NCBI GenBank assembly: GCA_963924565.1
Contig: OZ004608.1
Location: 26,040,001-26,104,000 of the forward strand
DNA from: Ascidiella aspersa
Taxonomy: Eukaryota
Direction: 5' to 3'
DNA length: 64,000 nt
Both the position numbers and the translations under genes were made by a program. The notes beneath the pieces were generated by a model that was not told where the DNA came from, did not search any database, and saw only the letters and a program-made list of their open reading frames with translations. Position 1 is the first letter of the stretch, and every line of letters starts with the position of its first letter. Positions 37,983-50,150 of this stretch are shown here, one piece after another.

Positions 37983-40339
37983 GATTAAATAAGGAGAAGT
38001 GGTCGAAGCCTGTTATTGCTGAGCGTTCTTCAATGCCGTTGTTTTCATCCCCTCAAACGCATGTTGAGTTACTACAACCACATGGAACCGTACGAAGTGT
38101 CTTGACCAGATCCTCGTCCACCATGACATATCAAGGGGAAATCGCCCAGGCCTTTACCCAGACAATCAAACGCACCACCATTACCGCGACCAGTTCAACA
38201 CAAACGAGTGAGTTCTTCACCGCGTCTGTTGGAACGCAAACTTATCCATTTAAACCTCCAAAACATGACGCCGTTCCAGTTGTGCCCGCTATAGGTCAGA
38301 ACAGTTGTAAAACTTCTGGACGTACCGAAAGGGAAAACGGATCTGGTGAGATTCAAAGGGTGGGTCCAGTCCAACAAAAATCATCAGCTGTCTGTCCAGG
38401 AGTACGTGATTTAAAAATAAACTATTCTTCGAGGCTTAAGGAAGGTCTACAAACAACGCCAAAGCACGCCAAGATTCCTGAATGGGACGACGTCAGAAAG
38501 TACATTGTTGGATTTCCAGGCATAGTGGGAGCAAGCGAATTTCCTAAAGGGTCGAATGAACCCATACGCCATTCATCCAAGGAGCTTGGTGAACAGACTA
38601 AACTGAAAGGTGTCTCACAAAAAGAGGCACAACTTAATACATCAAATAATGTAAACGGGCAAATGGCTGCCTTGTCTTTTTTAGTCCCTAAAAAAATGAA
38701 CACTTCCCTATCCACAGACAGCCAGGCTACATTATCGGAAATACTAAAACCTACTTCTCTTAGAATCCAAGAAAAAGAGACTTGCTCGTCCAAAATCCTG
38801 AAAACAAGCCCTCCGAAAGCTTTAGTCAAAGAGGCTTCCTCAACCGAAATACTTAAATCGACTTCTTTGAAAGTCCCTGTTAAAGAGACTCGCTCACCCG
38901 AAGTGCTAAAACCGACAGCTCTGAAAATCGAAGAAAACAAGGGTTCCCTCTGCAAAATACCAAAACCGACTTCTCTAAGAGATTCTGTAAAAGAGGCCCA
39001 CTCTACCAAAATACGGAAACCGGCTTCTTCTATAGTCGTTGTAAATACGACTTCCTCGCCCGAAGTACTAAAATCGACTTTTCCGAAAGTCCCGGTCAAA
39101 GAGACTTGCTCATCCAAAATTCCTAAATCGACTTGTTGTGTAGTCCCAGAAAAAGAGGGTTATGAAGTCCTGAAACCGGATTCTTCTAGAGTCCAAGGAA
39201 GAGAGGCTTGTTCAACTGAAGTGCTAAAACCTACTTATCCGAAAGTTATAGAAAAAGAGGATTCCTTCTACGAAACACCAAAACCAATCTCTCGGAGAGT
39301 CGCAGCAAAAGAGGCCAACTCCTCCAAATTTTCGAAATCGACTTCTGTTAGAGTCCCAGTAACGCAACGTAGCTCCAGTAAAATAAAGAAACCGAATTTT
39401 ACTAGAGTCGTCTTCAAAGAAACTTGCTCTTCCGAACTGTTGCAGCCGGTTTATTCGAAACTTCCAGTGACATATGACTTCCAATCCAAAAATATGACAC
39501 CGAATTCTATAAAAATCGTAAAAGAGGCTTCCCCTTCCAAAGTTCTGAATCTGTCGTCTTCAAAAGTCTCAGTAAAGGAAGATGCCTCTATTAAAACCAT
39601 GAAACCGACCGCCGCTGGAGACACTGCAAAAGAATGTGTCTTCTCAAAAAATCCGACTATTAATTCTCGCAAAGCCCCAATCAAAGAAAATTTCTCTTCT
39701 GAAATTCCGAAACCAACTTCCCCTAAAGTCCAAGTAAAAGGAGCTTTCTACGGTGAAATACTAAAACCGACTTCTCATAGTGTCTCAGAAAAAGATGCTT
39801 CAATCTGTAAAAAACTGAAACCGACTTCAATCGGAGTTCAATTAAAAAGGGCCTATTCCTCCAAAATTCCGAAACTTACTTCCGCCAGAGTCTCGGTTAC
39901 GCAAGCTGCATCCCCTGAAATACAGAAACCGACGTCTTCTTATGACCCAGTAAAAGGAGCTTCGTACGCGGAAATGCTAGAGCCGACTCCTCAAAAAGTC
40001 CCAGTAAAAGAGGCTCTATTCTCCAAAATTACGAAAGCGAATTCTACTAGCGTCCAGGGCAAAAAAGCTTCCTCCTCAAAAATTCCATATCCGAGATATA
40101 CTAAAGTCCTCTCAAGACAGGTTTCCGTTTCCGATGTGCTAAAACCGTCTCCTCTCAAAGTCCCAGTCAAAGAAACTTCCGTTTCCAGAATACCGGAACC
40201 GACTACTTCTAAACTCAAATTGGGTAAACATAATTTTTCCTTTAAAATACCGAAGCCGAGTCCAATAGCTCAAGGCAGCGATGCTTCATCTTCGAAATGG
40301 CTGAATCCGTCTTCTCACAAAAATCGCAATGTGCCCTGA
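37983..40339 (+). CDS. Large terminal exon of a disordered K/S/P-rich repeat protein (TQT motifs plus ~30 x 18-aa repeats with SxIP motifs)
   Basis: 768-aa ORF from 38033; frame open back to a polypyrimidine/ag acceptor at 37982; no recognisable globular domain. Confidence 0.7.
38735..40336 (+). repeat. Degenerate 54-bp (18-aa) coding tandem repeat, ~30 units
   Basis: Consensus about S[KE]I[LP]KPTSxKVPVKEASS, e.g. SEILKPTSLRIQEKETCS, SDVLKPSPLKVPVKETSV. Confidence 0.9.
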
Positions 40340-40569
40340 AAACTTTAGTCACCTTGCAAACTAAAAACAAAAAGTTCCAAAATGGGCTAATGAAAGGCCG
40401 AACGGTTCAGGACAAACTGCCCGATGAACTAAGACAATGGATTTGAATTGTGCCCTATGGACGCTTACTGGTCCATTTTATTTTATTTTGTGTATTTATC
40501 GTTTATGTATACAAATTAAAATATAAAATAGAAATATATTTTCTTGGTTGCTTTCCAGATGGTTTAATC

Positions 40570-41768
40570 CAGGGGCGGGCAACATACGGCCCGCGAGCCG
40601 GACCCGGCCCGTGACGCGATTTTTAAACGGCTCCAGTCTAGTCAATTCGACTCGGAATCGAACAAGATTTTTACACGCTGCAAATGGGGTATCATTAGAA
40701 GGTGTGACCACTGTCCTTCTCTTAATATAGGTCATTATTGGGGCAGTTGGCAATATCGAATCGTTTTGGCCGGATGTTTCCAGGATGAAAAATCACGATA
40801 TTTCGTCTGTGTAGTTGTAAATATGAATTTGTTAAACTTTAATTTTTTCTTCAAAATTCCTTTCCTTAAGAAGATAAAGTAGACAAAAGCAGCGTGTAAA
40901 AATCATGTTCGATTCCGAGTCGAATTGACTAGACTGGAGCCGTTTAAAAATCGCCGCGATAAGGATTAGAATCGAGCAGTCTGGAGCAGTATCAAGATGG
41001 CCGCGATCGGTTATGAATATTAATATCGGGTATCAGCGCTATTAAATACTTCCCCCCCTTAAACTTATAGCAAGTTTTCTATCACTGGAAAGGTATTTTC
41101 TTGCGCAACCCGAATTTGTTAGTTAAAATAATGGATCAAGCTTTTTTTCCTTATTTTATTGGAAATATTAATTATGAATATTAATATTTTTTTAAATTTT
41201 TATAATTTTTTATTAAATTTATAATGTATAGGCAATTTTTAGTATTGTGATATAATTTTTTTTTTTTAATTTTTGTCGTAAATATGTTTATTTTGGCCTT
41301 TGTATTTCTTTGTGCTGGCATTTGTGCTGTGTAGCTTCTGGTATCAATAACCTCAGGCAAGCCAGGTGCCAAACCAGCCGCGACATAACGGCGCCCTTCA
41401 AACTAGGGCGCCCAAAATTGGACACCAAAACAGCCGATTATACCCATGGCCCCCGTTCGTCACATACACTATCCCTACAGTTTAAGGAGTTGTTTTGGTC
41501 CTAAATTGGATATAGAATTTTCGATCAATATTTTCCTTTGGATTTTGCCAAGAAACGTAAAGTTGCAAATTTAACAATGTTTGGTTGCCAAAGTGCTTTT
41601 TTACCCAAGCCGGCAATAAAGCAGTATGTTGGCTGTGCAATGAAAGTGTTAGCCGTCATTATGCGACAAAACGTGTAGGCTATGGCAGTACACGGTCAGG
41701 AATCCGGCCCGCCAAGTACTTTATTTTCCCATATCAGGCCCGCCGATTGGAGAAGTTGCCCGCCCTTG
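40570..41768 (+). mobile_element. Internally deleted hAT (Buster/SPIN/Charlie-type) element
   Basis: TIRs CAGGGGCGGGCAAC / GTTGCCCGCCCTTG; perfect 8-bp TSD gtttaatc; remnant KKRKV..FFTQAGNKAVCWLCNESV..RHYATK resembles the N-terminal Zn-finger of this transposase group. Confidence 0.88.
40617..40954. repeat. ~65-bp inverted repeat pair (40617-40681 / 40889-40954), 1 mismatch
   Basis: gcgatttttaaacggctccagtctagtc...ttttacacgctgc and its reverse complement. Confidence 0.9.
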
Positions 41769-41876
41769 GTTTAATCCTATACAAAGATTGTCAGTAACTA
41801 AATACGGTCAGTGGGCATCTTGCACTATGGTTTATTACAGAGTGTCAGTTATGGGCTCAGTTAAAATATAACAATA

Positions 41877-42195
41877 CTAGACGAAATACCCGGCGTTGCC
41901 CAGGTTACAAAGAATAGGAAATAACACTAATTTACGGAATGATGAATGGTCGGAACGCTCACAGTAATATTATTAAAGATCATAACACTTGACCCACCTT
42001 CACCCAAACGCTAAATATATATATTGTAAATTGAAATTCAGCATTACAACAGTTTTCCACCAGTGAGGTTCGAAACCAGTTCTCTACCACTGAGCTAAAG
42101 CGAGGCAACGTTAAATTGCTCGAATTTCATATTATAATCATCACCGACTGGGAGAACATCTTACATCTCACAAACTTTCTCTTTTATTACGTAGA
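41877..42195 (-). mobile_element. Short non-autonomous Helitron
   Basis: Minus strand starts A|TCTACGTAATAAAAG and ends CCTGGGCAACGCCGGG (hairpin)-TATTTCGT-CTAG|T: 5' TC, 3' hairpin plus CTAG, A/T target. Confidence 0.75.
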
Positions 42196-43423
42196 TAATC
42201 GTTAGGTATTTAATTAGTATCTGCATGGACAGTTATAGTGAGTTGTATTAGGACGTAAGGTTCGCTAATAACTTTGTACTGCCCTGTCAGAAATATATGT
42301 TGGTACAAAAAACGAAGTAAAATAGTCAAAAACTATTCAAGGTAAGAAAAAAACAAACATTTGCAACCAGTTCGCTAATAAAGCAAAATAGTAAGTTTGA
42401 GAAATATCACATTACTGTGAAGAGCGCAAAACAAGTAATGACGAACCAACGGCTGTTTAAAAGACATGTAGCTCTCCCTAACGTTGCAATTTAACAGGCA
42501 CAAAACGAGCGTGCCTCGTGAAAAATGAAATGCGTATAAAGTATACTTTTACCCAAATAACGCCATAAACTTTGGATGAAATATATTTGCGATAACCAAA
42601 TAACTAAAAAACAGCTTATATTGTTCAAAATAGACGGTTGTGCGTTTCGTTGGACACATTTTTCAAAACTTGACTTTCGTTCTCTTCTAGAATTTAGATC
42701 CAAACGTTGTTCTTTGGTGCGAATTCCTATTATCAAGCTAGTGACCCGCCTGTGTGTTAAATGAATTAAATGTTTAATACGACAAAATAAACTCACAAAT
42801 TAATTTTAAGAAAATACAAACAGTAATCTTTGTCATAGACACTGTTCTACAAATTAAGCACGAATCTTAGAAAAAGGAACATAGTTTAATTCATTTGAGA
42901 ACATATTTTCGATTACTTAATTCGCCACGACCATGAAACTCATCGTCATTGCAGTAATAAAAACTAAATCGATTAAGTTATACCTTACCTTATGAGAAGA
43001 GCAACATTTAATAGTAGGTCTATAAAAAATTGAAAATTGAACCACCAAGCAACTTTTAAAACAACAATCGAGGAGTGCTAAATACCTTTAACATTTGAAT
43101 GAAATAATTAAGATTAAGTGATCGGTAATTCGTACTGCATATATAATTCACTTGACTAGAGTATAAAGAAATGCATTGGTAACCAGTGTTAAAATTGACT
43201 TAAGTGTGCGAACGAGTCATAACAAAATATAAAACAAAAGAATGCAATTTCATGATTGACAGTTTTAACAACGAGAAATTTGTATGTGAAAGATGAAAAG
43301 ATGTGAAATGTGAAAGATACTGTAGCGGCCCTGTAATTTCCCACATACGTGTTCACGAAGTGAACCTTTTTCTTACTTTCTCTTCTCTCGTTTTTCATGC
43401 GCGCTGTCACCGCTCGTTTGCAC

Positions 43424-43585
43424 CAGGGCTGCCACTCCTAGTGGTTTTCCACTAGATCTAGTGGTTTTTGAAATAATCTAGTGGTTTAGTGGTTTTCTTA
43501 AGGTAAAGCTGATAAATTAGCCAGCAAAATAAAAATTCCTTTTTCAAAAAGTCGACCTCTAGGGAGGAATTTTTGGCAATCTCTG
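43424..43585. mobile_element. Small TIR element interrupting the 5' LTR
   Basis: CAGGGCTGCCA ... TGGCAATCTCTG; internal (C)TAGTGGTTT repeats and a perfect palindrome ccactagatctagtgg (43449-43464); no clear TSD. Confidence 0.5.
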
Positions 43586-43784
43586 GCTAGGACCCCCAGG
43601 GTCAGTTATACTCATTTATAGTGAATACTTTACAGTTCAATTGATAACATAGTCGGAGTGTGACGTAACTCCACCACGAAAAAACATGTTTTAATCGCCT
43701 GTTTTACCGTGAATTAGTTGAATAATGACACTTTAAAGTAGGGTTCCTCTCCGGGAATGTTTCGACGGGAAATTCCCGGGATTT

Positions 43785-46109
43785 CTAGCCCATGGGCATC
43801 TCCATTGCACATGGTCCCCAAAACGTCCGGAGATTGGAGACCTTGTGGGGATTATCGACGATTGAACGCTGCGACACGGCCCGATAGATACGCAATACCC
43901 CACATCCAGGACTTTTCTGCTCGTTTAGCGGGACGCAACGTTTTCTCAAAGATCGACCTTGTGCGTGGGTATCATCAAGTACCTGTGGCACCGGTCGACA
44001 TTCCAAAGACGGCCGTCGTAACGCCTTTTGGATTGTTCGAGTTTATCCGGATGCCCTTTGGTCTTAAAAACGCCTCCCAAGCTTCCTAGCGACTGATGGA
44101 CACTGTCTGTCAACCTTTGGATTTCGCGTTCGTCTACTTGGATGATATCCTGGTGGCCAGCTCGGTTGAAGAGCACCTAATGCATTTAAAGAAACTTTTC
44201 CAGCAGCTTACCAGCCATGGTTTGGTCATCAACGTGGGCAAATGTCTTTTCGGCGTTTCCGAAATTGATTTTCTGGGGCACAACATAACGAAAGATGGTG
44301 CACGGCCGCTTTCCGACAAAGTTGAGGCTGTACAGAAGTTTCCACGATCAACGACTATCAAGGGCCTCCAGCAGTTCGCAGATATGATAAACTTTTATCA
44401 TCGGTTTATTCCCAAATCTGCAAAAATCATGTCCCCGATATATTACGCATTTTCGGGAAAACCTAAAAACCTTGTTTGGAACAAATCTCTAGATTTAGCT
44501 TTTCGACATGCAAAACAGGCTCTAGCCAATGCAACTCTTCTGCACCACCCGTTACCTCGGGCCCCGACTGCCCTCACCAGGGATGCATCGGAATATGCCG
44601 CTGGCGCCGTTTTACAGCAATTTATAGACGGCGGGTGGCGCCCACTGGCTTTTTTCAGTAAAAGGTTTCGGCTACCGGAAACTAAATATAGCGCATTTCA
44701 CCGAGAATTATTTGCATTGTATCTTTCTGTGCGGCATTTCAGGTATTTTCTTGAAGGTCGTACTTTTGTTGCTTACACCGAACACAAGCCATTGACTTTT
44801 GCGTTTACTAAAGTTTCCTCACCATGGTCTGCCCGTCAACAACGACACCTAACCCGGAGGTTCAAGCTTATCGTACAGCAGTAACCAACCTTCAGCTTGA
44901 AGAGATTGAGGTGGGACGGTCAGGTACAAAACTCCTCTGCGATACGTCTCAAGGCACACCACGCCCGATAGTACCAAAATCGTGGCAGCGTAAAGTGTTC
45001 GACATGATACATGGTCTTTCCCACCCATCCATACGAACAACGAGGAAGCTAATGTCTTCGAAGTTCATATGGCACGGGCTTCTGAAGCAAGTTGGTTCAT
45101 GGGCTAAAGAGTGTGTTCATGGTCAACGTTCGAAGATCCAGAGACATGTTCGCGCACCCTTGTCAAACTATCCGATGTGTAGCGGTCGTTTCACCCATGT
45201 CAACATTGACATCGTCGGCCACTTCCGCCGTCACAAGGTAACATGTATCTCCTTACAATGGTTGACCGTTTTACACGTTGGCCAGAGGCGATACCAATGC
45301 CAGAAGCAACGACAATCACGTGTGCGCGCGCTTTTGTTTCTAATTGGATTTCGCGTTTTGGAGTTCCGCAGGATATTTCGTCCGACAGAGGCGCTCAATT
45401 CACCTCAGCCATGTGGACATCGTTCAACGATTTACTTGGCAATAAGGTGCATCGGACAACAAGTTTCCATCCACAAGCGAATGGCCTCGTGGAGCGTTTT
45501 CACCGGCATCTCAAAACGTCGCTGATGGCTCATTTACAGGGTCCTAACTGGATGGACGAGTTACCGTGGGTAATGCTAGGAATCCGCACTAGTCCTAAGG
45601 AAGATTTACTAACATCTTCCGCGGAACTAGTTTATGGTTCCACCTTGTCTGTTCCAGGTGATTTCTTTTCATCCAGGCTTGACAGCCCACAGGAGCGTTT
45701 GCCAGCTTTGCGAGATTCCTTTCGACACCTGGTGCCAATCCCGATGTCGCGTCACGGTAGAGCAAAGACGGATGTTCCTACATCACTTCGTACGAGTAAT
45801 TACGTTTTCGTACGAGTTGACAAGCATCGCCCGCCACTTACGCCGCCGTACAGCGGGCCATTTCGAGTAATTCGGCGCAGTGACAAGACGTTTACGGTGG
45901 ATATAGGAGGGCGAAACCAAACGATTTCCATTGATCGCTTGAAGCCAGCATACATCGACGAGACACAACCGATCGAGGTACCTCAAGCACCCCGCCGAGG
46001 AAGACCTCCTACGCGCAACATCTCGACACCAGCTTTGTCCAACGAATTGGAGCAAACATTCGTACAAACGCGCGCTGGTCGTGTGATTCACCCCCCTGAT
46101 CGTTATTGA
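43785..46109 (+). pseudogene. pol: Disrupted pol: RT ([25 protein letters not shown]), RNase H, integrase (HHCC, DDE, GPF)
   Basis: TAG at 44087-44089; deletion/frameshift near 44850; 1-nt deletion near 45220; second Cys of the HHCC motif is Gly. Confidence 0.92.
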
Positions 46110-46756
46110 TAGGTTCACTTCTGGGAGGGGGTCATGTAGCGGCCCTGTAATTTCCCACATACGTGTTCACGAAGTGAACCTTTTTCTTATTTTCTAAGAT
46201 TTGGCTTTAAATACGTCTACTAAAAGACTATGAATGTTTTAATACGATGGTTTAATGGTTTACGTATCACAATTCTTTTATACCAGTAAGCGATCCTCTT
46301 GTGATAGCTTCACTTTTAACAAGACTGACCACAACCGACACAAATTCTGTTAATTGTGAACAAGCATGGCATATTTGTCAAAACATCCAAGATAACTTTG
46401 GACATGCTAGTCACCTTGAACCTATTAAAACTTCTATGAAAGTAAAACCAAGTTCTCTTGGAAAATATATGGACCTAAAAAGGTTTACGTTCAAAAAACG
46501 GTTCTCTTTAACCGACTTATTGTTCTTGCTGAAAGAGATGGAGACATCGAAAAACATTTGAATATGAGCTGACACCTTTTCCAACAGCTTTTCTTAAGAT
46601 GGACAAGGAGAAAACCAGAAAAATAAAATTGATCAAATGTTGAAGGAGAACGTCGCCGAAATCAGCACGGTAGATGGGGCATCTATTAATTTACGTTGTC
46701 AACATGTGGTTGCTTTTTACACCACTCATCGTGGAACAAGGGTGTATATTTTTCCG

Positions 46757-47015
46757 ATATTAACAAGTAAAACTCATAGTTAAAAACATGAGTAAAAACA
46801 GGATCAGACGTTTTGTTTAAAGGAAAATATATTTCGCCAAAGTGGCATCATCAGTTCCTGTAAGAGTACAAATAAATAAAATCAGAGCGCAGCCATCAAC
46901 AAACCAATAAAAGAAACAATAAAATATTAAAACATTATAATAGACTAAAATAGACTAAAAACGTCTGATCCTGTTTTTACTCATGTTTTTAACTATGAGT
47001 TTTACTTGTTAATAT
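46757..47015. repeat. Perfect 58-bp inverted repeat (46757-46814 / 46958-47015)
   Basis: atattaacaagtaaaactc...gacgtttt and its exact reverse complement. Confidence 0.92.
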
Positions 47016-47499
47016 ACGCGTCAGCGGAGCAGTGATCGACTGGCTAAAACCTGCCGCCGATGGTTTTCGATTCTATAAAGATACACCCTATTGTTTTTCC
47101 GATATTGTGATGTCCTATATAGATCTATTCCAAAGGAAATATAACGGTGGTTTAGTTGTTCGGGATTGATATCCGAACAAACCTACAACCAAATACCATG
47201 AACACCATCGAAGGACATTCCAAAAACAAGCAAGTGCTAATGTGAGTGTTATTCTGGAGAAAAAAAGGTTTCAAAAGAACGAAAAAAATTCCTTCGCAAT
47301 CGCAATAACTAATAATCATCGAAAATACAGATGTATTAGTTCTTTTATGCTGCCATTACCCTACCAACTCAAAGCTATTTTTTTCAAACAAGCAACGGCA
47401 TCTTTAACATCTCGTGTATTGCTGGGTTAATTGATACCTGATGAATTTGTTTTTAATTATGCGTGGTCCGGATGTAACACTGTATCTTCTAACAAACCA

Positions 47500-47768
47500 G
47501 CCAGTGGGTCGCGAAGCTATTTCATATTTCGAAGCATTTCTGAATGTTACAGTTTTCTATTAAATCGGGAAATTATTGCATTATACGTAACATTATGCAA
47601 CAATTTAACAAATACGTAAAAAGTAAATGTGTTGCGTCGCAATAACTATTTCAGTACGTACGCCAGTTGTTATGTAACTTTATTTGTTAAGTCATATCTC
47701 ATTGTGCGTCGCACAACAAACTTTGCACTATAACTGGGTCGCGAACTATAAAAGGTTGGGAAGCACTG
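47500..47768. mobile_element. hAT MITE remnant (right end intact)
   Basis: Ends ...tgggtcgcg...AGGTTGGGAAGCACTG then cacTAaac; a second tgggtcgcg near 47505; left TIR lost, start approximate. Confidence 0.5.
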
Positions 47769-48377
47769 CACTAAACCATCTATATATATACAACAAGAAA
47801 TTCCCTCCTAATGCTTTTTCGATTTTCACCAACCCTTTATCAAGCATCGAAAACATTTGCAAATATCGAATTACGGCTAGGCTTTTCACATATGGTCTCA
47901 AGCCAGAGATAAAAAATTGTCAAAGGCAAGGCACAATAAATTTGGCGGCAGGCAGCAAAGAGTAAATTAAATCCAGACAGGCTTCCACAAACAAATGGTT
48001 GTACTAAACAGCACTCCATGCGGTTCACCAGCAAATTATTACATATAATACAAAATAGAAGGACGGATAATTAATGACGATCACTTGATTCGCTTTGATG
48101 TTAGTTGAACAAAATTCAGAAATTACTTTAAATTGTTCATGCTGTATTATATTAATCCACTGACTGCATGACCGTTTGTGAAAATATATTTTTAGAAATA
48201 ATGTATTCGTAATTCTCACGCCCCTCCAAATAAATAGCAGAAAGAAATATGCAAAAACGTATATTTTATAGAGGCCAATTTAAAAAACACAATGCCGACC
48301 ATTGAGTGAACTTTCTAATGCTCTATTGGGTTCCTTGACCCCTAAAACACTTCCTTTATCATCATTGTGTTATAAAT

Positions 48378-48826
48378 CAGGGTTTCCCAAACTGTGGTCC
48401 GCGGACCATTGGTGGTCCTTGGCGATTATGACAAGAAATTAAAAAGTCACACAGATACGTTGTACAGTATTTACCGTTTCAAAGATAACTGCAGCAGTTA
48501 TTCAAAACTTAATGGTTTCGAAAGCTTTTGCTATCCAGTATCGTGAATCTTACTTGAAAATTCTCGTATTTCCGTTATAATATATTCTTATTGCGTAATA
48601 ATATATTCTTATCGCCATTTGTAATTTGCGGCTTTGTTGAGATCATTCCAACCGTTTGGCGTTTGCCAGCGCAAAACTTAGTAAAACGAAGAGATGAGTA
48701 ACGAGCCGTCCCATTGATGTTGTCAGTTTTTTAAATAAATAAAATTCGGTTGCTTTGTGTTGCGGTTCGCGAAAAAACAGATTCACAAATATTGGTCCGT
48801 TTTCCAAAAAAGTTTGGGAAACCCTG
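48378..48826. mobile_element. hAT (Buster-type) MITE, family A copy 1
   Basis: Perfect 16-bp TIR CAGGGTTTCCCAAACT; perfect TSD ttataaat. Confidence 0.93.
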
Positions 48827-49204
48827 TTATAAATGACTGTATTTTATGGCGACCATTTTGAAAATCCAAAATGGGGGCTTTCCCCAGGCCGGATGAGCTG
48901 GAACTTTTTTTGGTTGATATGTAGGCCCCAAATGATACAAATCTGTTGAGAAACACTTGTTTCTAATTGTTTCCAAGAGAAAGTGAAAAATAGGGATACT
49001 ATAACAGAATTATACTTTTATGGCTGATCGACCTGAGAGCGAAGTTAAATCACATGACTTTTTTATTTATTTCGGCAACAGAATAATCATTTTTCTCACC
49101 CAATTTGTCCGAAATGAGGGCAGTTCTAAGCAAAAAGGTCTACGACAACTAAGGCATCCACGGTCTGACTTTTAGACCTTTAGGTCTAGGACAATGCACT
49201 AATT

Positions 49205-50150
49205 CAGGGGTCAGCAACCTTTCGCACACAATGTGCCAGTTTATAAATAATTTCAAAATATCAACAACTCGCGTGCCAAACATTTTTCTATGTTTGGTTT
49301 TGCACTGGCAACCAGGGCTGCGGAGTCGGTTAAAAAAGTTCGAGTCCGACTCCCGCCAAATGTGCAATTTAATCGAGCCCCGACTCCCGAGTACGGCTCA
49401 GACTCTACAGCCTGTATTTCACCGATTTACGTAACTAAAATAAGATGGATATCAGCAATCCACTTATAAGGCTCATAGAATATATGCCATCATATACTAT
49501 TCCACCTTCACAATTTACAGTTATCAGTTCGAAAATTTACACTGCGAATGCGCACACCTCGGACTCGGGTAATTTTACCTAGTCCTACTCGAGTCCAACT
49601 CCGCAGCCCCGTTGTGATCTGACATCGAATTTACGTATCTTGGAAGATGCCATTAAATCTAATAAATTTTGTAAAGATACCCTAACCCTGCTGAAAAAAA
49701 CGAACTGTCACGAACACAATACTTTGCCGGTTATTTTGGAATATATATTTCGAAGCTTTACAACCGATACCTATATAAGTGTTAGCAATCAGTTTCGCTT
49801 TTAGCTTGGTTTCTCAGTCGCACAAAAACACACGTACTTACTTTTAATGTAGACTGTTCTGCTTTAACGCAGTAACCATTACGCCAATTTTACGGCATTG
49901 TAACGTAATACGAACGGTTAGAAAAATAATTGTAAATACAACAGGTAAGACACTAATTTGTGACACGAACACTGCAGATTGAACTAGAAATGTGTGCAAC
50001 CATTTGTTGAGCGCTGGTGATGTAATAATAGAGTTATTGATGCGGTAGTTATTTAGGTGATATAACATGCGCGTTAAATCATTTGGCGTGCCCTGAAAAA
50101 TCATGTCGCTTGCCACTTTTGGCACGTGTGCCAGGGGTTGCCCACCCCTG
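49205..50150. mobile_element. hAT (Buster-type) non-autonomous element
   Basis: TIR CAGGGGTCAGCAACC / GGTTGCCCACCCCTG; perfect TSD cactaatt. Confidence 0.9.
49313..49611. mobile_element. MITE nested in the preceding element
   Basis: TIR CAGGGCTGCGGAGTCGG / CCAACTCCGCAGCCCCG; GAGTC/GACTC subrepeats; TSD decayed. Confidence 0.7.

Larger units (their letters stand above)
43321..46195 (+). mobile_element. Defective Ty3/Gypsy LTR retrotransposon (CsRn1-like); gag/protease deleted, both LTRs truncated
   Basis: LTR starts TGTAGCGGCC at 43321 and 46135 (55 identical nt); PPT ctgggagggggtca before the 3' LTR; RT-RH-IN domain order. Confidence 0.93.

Noticed and set aside
38422-39117. 231-aa antisense ORF
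   Set aside because: Shadow of the repetitive sense ORF
38735-40336. CRISPR-like array
   Set aside because: Degenerate coding tandem repeat without constant repeat/unique spacer structure, in eukaryotic DNA
42057-42105. tRNA gene
   Set aside because: No anticodon arm or acceptor-stem pairing; fragment only
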